Shown here: one piece after another, positions 25,235-35,100 of the stretch
Position numbering within the stretch: the first letter of the stretch is position 1
How the letters are laid out: every line of letters starts with the position of its first letter
DNA from: Eubacteriales bacterium
GTDB taxonomy: Bacteria; Bacillota; Clostridia; Oscillospirales; CAG-272
Assembly: GCA_045612385.1 (NCBI GenBank)
Contig: JAZKYZ010000022.1
Location: forward strand, 12,631-76,630
Length of the DNA: 64,000 nucleotides
Reading direction: 5' to 3'
The notes under the pieces: model-generated
The model's input: only the letters and a program-made list of their open reading frames with translations
What the model was told of the DNA's origin: nothing
The model's database searches: none
Program-made: the position numbers and the translations under genes

Positions 25235-26239
25235 TATGACGGTAAAAAGTGGAATCAGCACAACGCCGAACAAACCAAAGACACCGTAACTTACATAGAG
25301 CAAAACCAAAGAGAGTATGGGGGATATGCCAAGACTATCCCCTATAATTTTTGGCTCGATAAACTGACGAAGAATGGCATTGAAGGCAAAGAGGACGAGC
25401 AAGGAAATTCCAAGACGTGTATCTCCAAGCAACAGTCGGACAACACCCCAAGGAACAAGAACAGTACCGACGCCAATGACCGGCAGGGCATCCAAAAGAG
25501 CGACGAGAAGAGCGAGAGCGAGAGCATATTCGACCCCCAAGAAAACAAAGGCAAGCGTCATAATACCGAAGGTAATCAACCCTAACATCAGGTAAGAATA
25601 GAGGTAACGCACTGCCGTTTTTAAAAATCCGTCCTTGAAGCGAACGAGCCATTCCCCCACACGGCGAGGAAGAATACGCAAGGTTTTCTGATTGATGTTT
25701 TCAAGATCCAAAGCAAAATAGACAGAGGAAATCACGCTGACGAGAAGAAAAAGCAATAGTTCCGGAATTGCGCCTGCTACCTTTCCCAAAAGAGAGGCAA
25801 CGCTTGAGGCGAGGGTGGATAAAACAGAGGTCAGGGCGTCCTTCGCTCCCTCCTCAAAGCCACCAAGCGTACCGTCGGGAAACAGTTTTTCAAGTGGCGC
25901 AAACAGGGCGACAAGAAGTCGAGAAAAGGCATCTGATGATGCGAGATCTCGTGTGAGCCGAATTACCTCCGAGAGGACACGAAAGAGAAAGAAGCCAAGC
26001 AAAGAAAGCGCTCCTACGGTAAAAAGCAAGGCAAAAAAGACACGAAGTGGCGCTTCGGGCAGATGGAGCCGTTTTCCGAGCTTAAACGACAGGGGGCGAG
26101 CAAGAAACGCCACTGCCCAACCGATAAGAAAGGGGAGAGCGAGGGGAAAGAGATATTTTGCGCCAATATAGAGGGCAGCAAGGGCGCCGAGCGCCGATAT
26201 AACGAGCGCTTCCAGCGTTCGGAGCTTTGATGTTTTCAC
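25166..26239 (-). CDS. ytvI: AI-2E family transporter (sporulation membrane protein YtvI-like)
   Basis: Polytopic protein; the LDALPVIGVGTVLVPWG motif is typical of the AI-2E/PerM family. Confidence 0.75.
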   Translation of the reverse strand: MKTSKLRTLEALVISALGALAALYIGAKYLFPLALPFLIGWAVAFLARPLSFKLGKRLHLPEAPLRVFFALLFTVGALSLLGFFLFRVLSEVIRLTRDLASSDAFSRLLVALFAPLEKLFPDGTLGGFEEGAKDALTSVLSTLASSVASLLGKVAGAIPELLLFLLVSVISSVYFALDLENINQKTLRILPRRVGEWLVRFKDGFLKTAVRYLYSYLMLGLITFGIMTLAFVFLGVEYALALALLVALLDALPVIGVGTVLVPWGVVRLLLGDTRLGISLLVLFAFNAILRQFIEPKIIGDSLGISPILSLVLLYVSYGVFGLFGVVLIPLFTVILRVLTDGWGKTTLPEYKATAVE

Positions 26240-26336
26240 TTTTTCCTCCTTTTTTTATAGGTACTTTACTTTTGGAAAAATTTATGATACAATAAGTATA
26301 TGGATATTTTATTAAATTATACTCAAGGAGGATATT

Positions 26337-26807
26337 ATGGTTATTATTGAAATGGAACACGGTGGTGTGATTAAACTTGAACTTTATCCAGAGGTTGCTC
26401 CAAAGACGGTAGCGAACTTTGAAAAGCTCGTGAAGGCTGGCTTTTATGACGGCTTAACCTTCCATCGCATCATTCCCGGCTTTATGATTCAAGGGGGAGA
26501 CCCTCTCGGAAATGGTATGGGAGGCGCAGAAGAAAATATCGTTGGTGAATTCCGTCAGAATGGTTTTGCCAATGACTTAAAGCACGAGCGTGGCGTGATT
26601 TCAATGGCGAGAGCGTATGACCCGAACTCGGCTTCCTCTCAATTCTTTATTATGCACAAAAATGCGCCCCATCTGGATGGCGCGTATGCGGCTTTCGGCA
26701 GAGTAATAGAAGGTATGGAAACGGTAGACGAGATTGCCTCCATTCCCACAGACTACTCCGACAGACCAAAAATTGCAGTCAGAATGAAGAAGGTTTACCT
26801 CGCATAA
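26337..26807 (+). CDS. ppiB: peptidyl-prolyl cis-trans isomerase, cyclophilin type
   Basis: [15 protein letters not shown] and SQFFI motifs. Confidence 0.93.
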   Translation: MVIIEMEHGGVIKLELYPEVAPKTVANFEKLVKAGFYDGLTFHRIIPGFMIQGGDPLGNGMGGAEENIVGEFRQNGFANDLKHERGVISMARAYDPNSASSQFFIMHKNAPHLDGAYAAFGRVIEGMETVDEIASIPTDYSDRPKIAVRMKKVYLA

Positions 26808-26812
26808 TTTCA

Positions 26813-26843
26813 AAGGCGCTGTGGCATACACAGCGTCTTTTTC
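26813..26843 (+). terminator. intrinsic terminator
   Basis: GGCGCTGTG/CACAGCGTC stem followed by TTTTT. Confidence 0.8.
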
Positions 26844-26868
26844 TGTTGAAAAATCTCCCGACAACTTC

Positions 26869-26898
26869 TTGACAGCGCCACAAAATCTTTGGTATAAT
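26869..26898 (+). promoter_or_regulatory. probable promoter
   Basis: TTGACA (26869-74), 18-nt spacer, TATAAT (26893-98). Confidence 0.65.
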
Positions 26899-26925
26899 AT
26901 AAGGTAGAAAAGACTGGAGGATGCT

Positions 26926-27987
26926 ATGAAATTTTTACATATATCCGATTTACATATTGGCTCCCCGCTGACAACGCACCTTGCGCCAAAGCAGGTGACA
27001 GAGCGAGGACGAGAAATCATTGACACCTTTGTTCGCGCCATAGAGTTTGGCGTACAGAGTGGTGTGGACGCTGTGCTGATTGCCGGTGATCTTTTTGACA
27101 CCTCTGGGATTGGTCCTCGAAAACTTGCGAGGGTGCGCGAGGTCATTCGCGCGAATGCAAAGATTCCCTTCTTTTATGTATCAGGAAATCACGAGGGGGA
27201 CGCCTTTTTAGAAACGGGAAAAACACTCGATAATTTCTATACGTTTGGAGATACCTTCCAATATTACGATCTTGGAAATGTGAGAATTCACGGCGCAAAC
27301 GCAACCTCCCCTGATATGTTTTCTGCCTTAGAAATCGACAGAGATAAAAAGAACATTGTCCTCCTACACGGCGAATGGAGCGATCATAGCGCATATGATG
27401 GCGCCATTGGTCTACGTGAGTTGGAGGGACGAGGAGTAGACTATCTTGCGCTCGGACATTATCACTCCTTTATGACGCGTGAAATTCGTGGTGGGGGCAT
27501 TGCTGTTTATTGTGGAACGCCCGAAGGACGTGGCTTTGATGAGGCAGGAAAAAAAGGAGTTGTCATTTTCGATAGTGTGGATTGCCAACCTCATTTTTAC
27601 CCAATGTGCAAAAGAGAGATACACGTGGTGGAGGTGGATACGAAGGGCGCCAAAACACGTGATGAGATTGTCGATCGCTCAAACAAAGCAGTCGCCTCCA
27701 TTCCACACGACGACCTTGTACAGATGATTATGGTCGGAGAATGTGATACCAACATTCTTTTGAATGAAGATTTTTTCCGTTCGCTTTATACAAATCAATT
27801 TTGGTACTTTGACTGGAAGAACAAGACTAAATTTGCCATTTCCATAGAGGATTTAAAATACGACCGTTCCATTCAGGGAGAGTTTATTCGTCAGGTCCTC
27901 TCGGACGGCACGCTTTCGGAGGAGGAAAAACGTAATATCATTGAGTGTGGTATTCTGGCAATGAAAGGAGAGAGATGGTTCGAATGA
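26926..27987 (+). CDS. metallophosphoesterase, SbcD/YhaO-like DNA repair exonuclease
   Basis: MKFLHISDLHIGS, GDLFD, GNHE and GHYH motifs. Confidence 0.8.
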   Translation: MKFLHISDLHIGSPLTTHLAPKQVTERGREIIDTFVRAIEFGVQSGVDAVLIAGDLFDTSGIGPRKLARVREVIRANAKIPFFYVSGNHEGDAFLETGKTLDNFYTFGDTFQYYDLGNVRIHGANATSPDMFSALEIDRDKKNIVLLHGEWSDHSAYDGAIGLRELEGRGVDYLALGHYHSFMTREIRGGGIAVYCGTPEGRGFDEAGKKGVVIFDSVDCQPHFYPMCKREIHVVEVDTKGAKTRDEIVDRSNKAVASIPHDDLVQMIMVGECDTNILLNEDFFRSLYTNQFWYFDWKNKTKFAISIEDLKYDRSIQGEFIRQVLSDGTLSEEEKRNIIECGILAMKGERWFE

Positions 27988-30251
27988 AGATTTTAGAATT
28001 GCATATCAACCATTTTGGCGCGCTCCAAGACCAGAGATTCACCTTCACGGACGGTTTGAATGTGCTTTGCCACGAAAACGGTTTTGGAAAATCGACGCTC
28101 CTTTCCTACGTCAAGGCTATGTTTTATGGCTTCAATGACACACGGTCGCAATCCCTTGAGGAAAACGACAGAAAAAAATACCTCCCTTGGGGCGGTGGCA
28201 CCTGTGGTGGCTCTCTCATCTTTGAGTTGGAAGGGACGCGCTATCGCATTGAGCGTGTGTTCGGCAAACGCGCGTCGGAGGACACCCTCACGGTCTATAA
28301 TGAAACACGTGGAACGATCACTCCTCATTTTGGAGAGAATCCAGGTTTAAGTATATTTAAAATTGATGCAGAGGGGTTTCTTCGCACGCTTGCCTTGAGT
28401 GAGAGAGTGTTCCGAGAAGAAGAAAACAAAAGTGTCTCAGGCAGACTCTCCGAAGTCGTTGGTACCGGTGGCGCAATGGATGGTTTACAAGAGGCGCTCA
28501 ACCTGCTTTCTAAGCAACAGAGTGAGTTGACAAAACGAAGCAGAAGGGGCGTTCTTGACACAATAAAGGAAAAAATTGCAGAGGATGAAGCAGAGCTTCA
28601 ACGAATTACACAACAGACGCAGAGCCTTCCCCTGCTGATGAAAAGCATTGAGCAGACGAGGGGTGAGATCGAGGCTGTGGAAGGCGAACTTTCTCGTCTG
28701 CAAAAGGAACTGATGGAGGACACTTCCGTTGGTGAGGAAGCGCTGAGGAAAAAACAACTGGATGACGTACAGAAAAAACTCAATGAGTTAAGACAAAAAT
28801 TCTACGTCGGTGTGCCGACGGAAGAAGAAATCGACGAAATCCAACGCTGTGACGGACTTTATTCCGAAAGCGAAATAAAAGCCTATCAGGCGCTACGTAG
28901 CCGTTTCGAGGGCAGAACGAATCAACAGGAAATCGAAGCCTATCAAACAGAACTTCTCACGATAGAAACGAACGCTTCGGCGGATGACGGTCTCGCATTT
29001 TTGGGCGCGCACCCCACACTGAACGCATTAGACGGTATCGGTGAAAGCGAAATACGAGAATATCCAAAAACACTTATGAAGGGAAGGTTTCTTTCCCTTG
29101 CCGTCATTCTTCTTGTCACAGGCGCGCTTTTCTTACTGGGTGGTTTCTTTGTCGCCCCCCTGTTTTTTGTGAGTGTTGTCCTTTGGGTGGCTTGTGCGCT
29201 GGTATTTGCGCTACGGCCCAAAGCGAGCATCTCTGATGCGACAGCGAAAACCATTCAAGAGGTACTGCTCGCAGAAGGTATCACAGATATCGAGGCACTT
29301 CTTACCCTTCAAAGAGAAAGGGAGAAGGCAATACGAAACGCCGATATGGCAAAGGAGCGAGAAGAAAAAAAGGCAAATATTCTTGCCTTCCTCGCAAGGC
29401 TCGGCTATACAGGAACGCCTTTGAAGGAATGCTTTGCACAGCTGACGAGCGATTTTAGTCGATACAATGCCTTTTGCATTCGTGAGTTTGATAAGGCAGA
29501 ACGGATTTCGGCACGAGTAAAGACGTTTCTTGACAAATATTCTCATTTCGGTACACCTCCCTACAACCAGTTACGTACCGACCTCTTCCAACTCAAAACA
29601 CTGGAAAAACAGGAATTGCAAATGCTGAGTGCTCCCGTATTTGACGCTATGGCAGAGCGAAAGCAAAAGGAATTGTATGTGGTAGAACTTCGGGCAAGAA
29701 TTGCACAATTACAAGAGGCAATCAATGCTATGACAGTGGAGCGTGAGAAAATCGAAGAAAAAGACGACAAACGCCAAGAGCTTCTCTCTTCTATGGAGGA
29801 AAGCCGTATGGAGATGGAAAAATATCAATCCCGACTTCGTGTTTTAGAGCAAGCAGAGGAAAAACTCAAGTTGGCGAAGGAAGAAATGCAAAGTTCTTAC
29901 CTGATGCCGACAAGAGAACGCTTTGATGCCATTTTGCAAATGCTGACCGATTTGAATGCCGGAGATGTTTATCTCGGCAGCGATTTCAAACTCGCCTACA
30001 AAAAGCAGGGGGGATTGAGCCACGATATGACGGCAATGAGCCGAGGTGAGCGTGATTTGTATCTATTGATTGCTCGATTTGCGATTGTAGATACACTTTA
30101 CCCTGACGGAACGCTACCTCCCATCCTTCTTGACGATCCCTTCGTCGCATTTGACGATGGTCGTGTGACAAAAGCGCTCGGATACCTTGATGCGCTCGCA
30201 GAAAAAAGGCAGATTCTATATTTCACTTGCTCAGGGGCAAGAGCAAAATAA
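27984..30251 (+). CDS. AAA/SMC-like ATPase, YhaN/SbcC-like
   Basis: Walker A ENGFGKSTLL, long coiled-coil middle with a TM pair, and C-terminal LLDDPFVAFD (Walker B). The ATGA overlaps the upstream stop. Confidence 0.75.
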   Translation: MKILELHINHFGALQDQRFTFTDGLNVLCHENGFGKSTLLSYVKAMFYGFNDTRSQSLEENDRKKYLPWGGGTCGGSLIFELEGTRYRIERVFGKRASEDTLTVYNETRGTITPHFGENPGLSIFKIDAEGFLRTLALSERVFREEENKSVSGRLSEVVGTGGAMDGLQEALNLLSKQQSELTKRSRRGVLDTIKEKIAEDEAELQRITQQTQSLPLLMKSIEQTRGEIEAVEGELSRLQKELMEDTSVGEEALRKKQLDDVQKKLNELRQKFYVGVPTEEEIDEIQRCDGLYSESEIKAYQALRSRFEGRTNQQEIEAYQTELLTIETNASADDGLAFLGAHPTLNALDGIGESEIREYPKTLMKGRFLSLAVILLVTGALFLLGGFFVAPLFFVSVVLWVACALVFALRPKASISDATAKTIQEVLLAEGITDIEALLTLQREREKAIRNADMAKEREEKKANILAFLARLGYTGTPLKECFAQLTSDFSRYNAFCIREFDKAERISARVKTFLDKYSHFGTPPYNQLRTDLFQLKTLEKQELQMLSAPVFDAMAERKQKELYVVELRARIAQLQEAINAMTVEREKIEEKDDKRQELLSSMEESRMEMEKYQSRLRVLEQAEEKLKLAKEEMQSSYLMPTRERFDAILQMLTDLNAGDVYLGSDFKLAYKKQGGLSHDMTAMSRGERDLYLLIARFAIVDTLYPDGTLPPILLDDPFVAFDDGRVTKALGYLDALAEKRQILYFTCSGARAK

Positions 30252-30327
30252 AAAATCCGATCGAGTAGGAGTTGTCCTCGATTATGACAGAGAACAAAGT
30301 GCGCTTTGTCTGTGCCTGAAAGCAAAA

Positions 30328-30367
30328 TAAAAACTCTTGTAGTCAAATGCTACAAGAGTTTTTTTCT
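30328..30367. terminator. bidirectional terminator
   Basis: AAAAACTCTTGTAG/CTACAAGAGTTTTT. Confidence 0.85.
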
Positions 30368-30403
30368 TTGGTAGATAATTCAGTGAAGGATTGTCGCATT
30401 CTA

Positions 30404-31021
30404 TTAAGCGTGAGCGTGCGAGAAAAGATAGGTAGTTTCGGTGATGGTGAGAATCCCATAGGTGTGCGAGGCGCTACCAATCGAGCCAGGATTAAACAGG
30501 GTAACTGGGCGTTCTTCGGGGGTGTATGGTGTTTCTTCGGTAAGGACGCGCTCTACTGCATTTTGCAGTATGGCATCTGGGGCGCTTTGGGGCGCATCCT
30601 CTGACACGAGGGGAGCGTCTGCGCGCGACAGAGTGGAGGAATCAAGGACATAGCGAAAGGACTCGACAGGGATATGGGTATGTCCGAAAAGGACGAGGTC
30701 GGCACCCTCCTCGATGGCGAGGCGCAAGAGCCCTCCTTCTCCATATTTGGCGCCGTAGAGATCACCGTGTGTGAGGACAATGGTTTTTCCCATCAGGGTG
30801 ATTTTTTCCACCTTTCTGACAAGGCTTCCTGCAAAAACGCCAGAAAAATCACAGTTTCCCCGAACGGCAAGGACCATCATATTTTTGGGAAGGGTCAAGG
30901 CATCCAAGTCGCTAAGACCGTCACCAAGAAAGAAGATCACCTCAGCATCTCGGTGCGTACGTATCGCACGATCCAAAGAGGTAATATCTCCGTGACTATC
31001 AGAAAATATAAGACATTTCAT
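30404..31021 (-). CDS. YfcE/MJ0936-family metallophosphoesterase with internal insertion
   Basis: MKCLIFSDSHGD, FLGDG, GNCD and GHTHIP motifs. About 50 extra residues separate GHTH from NPGS. Confidence 0.8.
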   Translation of the reverse strand: MKCLIFSDSHGDITSLDRAIRTHRDAEVIFFLGDGLSDLDALTLPKNMMVLAVRGNCDFSGVFAGSLVRKVEKITLMGKTIVLTHGDLYGAKYGEGGLLRLAIEEGADLVLFGHTHIPVESFRYVLDSSTLSRADAPLVSEDAPQSAPDAILQNAVERVLTEETPYTPEERPVTLFNPGSIGSASHTYGILTITETTYLFSHAHA

Positions 31022-31125
31022 AGGCGCCTCCTGTTGTTTGCTCTTGATGTGGATTTACGAAAGAAGTGGATTTCGATTCACCTTTTTTCTCGGCTTTCAT
31101 ACACTGAAAACAGAACGAAAACGAG

Positions 31126-31362
31126 GTGAAGAAAATGAGATTTGATAAAGAAAAAATACAACGGCTCGCCGCCCTGCCTGATGATGCTCTTTGGGCAGAG
31201 ATACGCACAATGCTATCACGTCACGGCATCCACCTACCCGATCGCATTCCCTCACACGAGGATATGACAAGACTACGTGAGGCGTTCACGCTTGGGGAGG
31301 GCATTTCGCCAATGGAAGCAGCAAGATTTATCGGTGAATATAAAAGAAAATATATGAGGTGA
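31126..31362 (+). CDS. hypothetical small protein
   Basis: 78-aa ORF, first of three same-strand small ORFs; no recognisable motif. Confidence 0.4.
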   Translation: MKKMRFDKEKIQRLAALPDDALWAEIRTMLSRHGIHLPDRIPSHEDMTRLREAFTLGEGISPMEAARFIGEYKRKYMR

Positions 31363-31365
31363 GAT

Positions 31366-31704
31366 ATGGAGAACCCTTTGGATTTGTCCTCTGTGGTTTC
31401 CTTAATAATGAAGCATCCTGAGTTAATTGAGGAAATCGCTGCATTAGCAAAAAGCGAAGTGGAAACAAAGAGTGAGCCAACGGTGGTTGAAACAGAAGGC
31501 ACAGGAAGCAAGCAAGGTGAAGAGTGGGAGGCGCCACGTGTGGTAGAGCCAGTGAGCGAAGCAAGCACGCAACCAATCGTGAGTAGAAGGGAAAACCGTA
31601 AAAAACTCTTCTCTGCCATTCGTCCGTTTCTCTCGGAGGAACGCGCGAGGACGCTTTCCAGCGTCGAGGCTGTGGTGTCCATTCTCGACAGTTTACATTC
31701 GTAA
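31366..31704 (+). CDS. hypothetical protein
   Basis: 112-aa ORF, 3 nt after the previous stop; no recognisable motif. Confidence 0.45.
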   Translation: MENPLDLSSVVSLIMKHPELIEEIAALAKSEVETKSEPTVVETEGTGSKQGEEWEAPRVVEPVSEASTQPIVSRRENRKKLFSAIRPFLSEERARTLSSVEAVVSILDSLHS

Positions 31705-31713
31705 AGGAGGGAT

Positions 31714-32058
31714 ATGGTGTATCAGCGAAGTTATCCTGATGGGTATTCTATCCCAGAAAATTATAGTGGAATTGCCGTAGAGGAATGCACATCTTACCCA
31801 GAGGAGTGCGAGGAGGTGGAAATACATAGCACGCCAAGACGTGAGTGTGAAGAGGAGACTCCCTGCGCTTGTAGAGAAAAAAAGCGTTTTCCCCTATGGG
31901 AGAAAGCAACATCACTCTTTTCACGCTTACCGTTTCATTTGCCTCGCTTTGAGGGAGATGACTTTCTTATTCTTGGTGTAGCTGTACTGTTATTCTTTTC
32001 ACGGGATGGAGATAAAGAATGCGCTCTCCTTTTGCTTTTACTCCTGTTTATCGGATAA
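31714..32058 (+). CDS. hypothetical protein with acidic Cys/Glu-rich middle and C-terminal TM
   Basis: 114-aa ORF preceded by AAGGAGG; hydrophobic tail ILGVAVLLFF...LLLLLLLFIG. Confidence 0.45.
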   Translation: MVYQRSYPDGYSIPENYSGIAVEECTSYPEECEEVEIHSTPRRECEEETPCACREKKRFPLWEKATSLFSRLPFHLPRFEGDDFLILGVAVLLFFSRDGDKECALLLLLLLFIG

Positions 32059-32076
32059 ATGCTAATAATAGTTTGC

Positions 32077-32110
32077 AAAATGAGCAAGAAATACTTTCTT
32101 GCTCATTTTT
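32077..32110. terminator. bidirectional terminator
   Basis: ATGAGCAAGAAA/TTTCTTGCTCAT stem flanked by A/T runs. Confidence 0.8.
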
Positions 32111-32143
32111 GTTTGGATATGGAAGGGCGTTTTCTTTTCTTTA

Positions 32144-35100
32144 TCAGAAGAAGGAAAACTGGTTGGTTTCGGTCAGGTCATCTAAAACGTGATTGCGACG
32201 TAGGATTTCAATGACCGTTTTTGAAATTCCTGTTCGCTCACGAAGTTCTTGTACGGAATAGATGTCGTAGGTGTCTCTTGCTTCTACAATCTTCTCGGCC
32301 GCCGTATCCCCAAGACCAGGCAGAGAGTTAAATGGCATACGAATTTGTCCGTTTTCGGGAAGGAAATATCTTGAATCCGAGCGTTTGAGTGAAACACCCA
32401 AGAATTTGATTCCTCTTGCCATTGCCTCGCGAACAAGTTGGAGGGTGGCGAGAAGTTCCTTATCCTTTTGCGTGGCATCCTTATCCATCTTCTCCAGCTC
32501 ATCAATTTTTGCGCTGACACCTTCATAGCCTGTACCGACGATTTCGGCATCAAAGCCACCCGGTGCAACGGAAAGGAAAGCGGCATAGAATTCCATTGGA
32601 TAGTAAATTTTATACCAACAAAGACGAATTGCTGACATATCGTATGCGGCAGCGTGCGCCTTCGGGAACATATATTTGATTTTCTTACAGGAGCCGATAT
32701 ACCACTGGGGGACACCGTGATCGAGCATCTCCTTTTCGTATTCAGGCTTAAGGCCCTTACCCTTACGGACGTCCTCCATAATTTTGAAGGCAGTGGAGTT
32801 ATCGAGTCCTTTTTGAATGAGGTAAAGCATAATGCCGTCACGTGTTCCCACAACCTCAGAAATCGTACAGATCCCTTCTTTAATCAAATCCTGCGCATTG
32901 CCAAGCCATACGTCAGTACCGTGTGTCAAGCCTGAAATCTGGAGAAGGTCGGCAAAGGTACGTGGCTGGGCATCCTCAAGCACTTGTTGAATGAAGCGAG
33001 TACCCATTTCAGGGATACCGAAGGTGCCAAGCTTAACGCCACCGATTTGCTCCGGCGTAATACCGAGAGGTTTGGTAGACCAGAAAAGCTCATAAGCGCT
33101 TCGGTCATTCATTTTGACATCAAGCACAGAGGTGTTCGTGTACTTTTCAAGCATACGATATTTGGTCGGAATATCGTGACCAAGCTCATCGAGTTTCAGT
33201 ATCGTATCGTGGAGATAGGTAAACTGGAAGTGGGTGGTGATGATATCGGAATGTGGGTCATCCGCAGGGTGCTGTATCGGTGTAAAATCGTAAATTTCGT
33301 ATTCACGTGGGACAACGATAATGCCACCTGGGTGCTGACCTGTGGTACGCTTGATGCCCACAAGACGTGTCACCATATGGGAGATTTCGGCATCTGGAAT
33401 ACGCACTTCCCTCTCGTCGAGGTATTTGGTAATATAGCCGTAGGCAGTCTTGTCGGCAAGGGTACCCGTAGTACCTGCACGGAATACCTGTCCTTTACCA
33501 AAAAGTTCTTCGGTATACTTGTGGACCTTACCCTGCACATCACCTGAGAAGTTCAGGTCGATATCGGGGGACTTATCTCCATAGAAGCCAAGGAAGGTTT
33601 CAAACGGAATGTCGTGACCATCCACAATCATCATTGTGCCACAATCGGGACACGCCTTATCCTCAAGGTCAAAGCCTGATCCGACGGAGCCATCGGTGAA
33701 AAATTCGGTATGACAGCACTTTGGGCAACGATAGTGTGGTGGTAGGGGGTTAACTTCGGAAATACCTGACATTGTCGCAACGAAGGAGGAACCAACTGAG
33801 CCACGAGAGCCAACCTGATAGCCAAGACTTTCGGAGTAGGCAACCAATTTCACGGCAATCATATACAGAACGGCAAAGCCATTTCCGATAATAGAGTCAA
33901 GTTCTCGTTTCAGACGATTTTCGACAAGTTCTGGCAAGGGGTCACCGTACCATTCCTTCGCGCGTTTCCAACAGGAACTTTGGAGGTCCTCCACAGCACC
34001 CTCTAAGGAGGGCTCATATCTTCCCTCCGGAATCGGGCGAATTCTCTCGCACATCTCGGCGATTTTATTCGGGTTATCAATGACGACTTCCTCGCAAGCA
34101 TCCTCTCCGAGATAACGGAATTCCTCAAGCATTTCTTCTGTCGTACGCAGGTAAATACCTATGTCACGGTCAGCGTCCTTAAATTTTTGTCCTGCGAGCA
34201 AAATTTTACGATAGATTTCGTCCTCGCGATTGAGAAAGTGCGCATCACAGGTCGCGCAGACGGGCTTACCAAGTTTTTTACCGAGCGCATAGATTCTGCG
34301 ATTGAGTTCTCGCAGGGCCTCCTCAGACGCCACCTTACCCTCGTCAATCAAGAAGGTATTGTTGCAAATCGGTTGAATTTCAAGGTAATCGTAAAATTCG
34401 GCAATTTCTTCAATTTCCTGCTCGCTTCGACCGTCCAAAATGGCGCGAAACAGCTCGCCTGACTCACACGCAGAGCCGAGAATCAATCCTTCTCTATGCT
34501 CCTCAAGAACGGTTTTAGGAATACGTGGAAAACGTCTGTAATAATCCAGATAGGAACGAGAAATGAGTTTATAGAGATTTTTAAGTCCCACAAGATTTTT
34601 CGCAAAAATTACCATATGGTAGGTATTGAGTTTTGTGGGGTCTGTCTTTTCGCTCATTGCGGCGATCATACTCTCAAAGTTGGTAATTCCCTCCTCGCGC
34701 AGACGTGTTTGCATCACGAAGAAGATGTGCGCAAGCGTACGCGCGTCGTCGGAGGCACGGTGATGATGAAATTCCTCGAGCTTATAATGCTCGGCAATCA
34801 GATTGAGCTTATGACGTTTGAGTTCAGGGTTGACGTACTTGGAAAGTCCGACGGTGTCAAGAAAGGTATTGGTAAAGGGGATATTATGACGCGCAGCAGC
34901 CACACGAATAAATCCAACGTCAAAGGAGGCGTTGTGGGCAATCAGCATTCTGTCCCCTACAAAATCAAAGAAAATGCGAAGCGCCTCTTCTTCCTTAGGC
35001 GCTCCCTGAACCATCTCATCCGTAATGGAGGTGAGGGTGGTAATTTCCTCAGGAATCGGCTCTTCCGGATCGACGAAAATATCCATTTCCTCCACGACCT

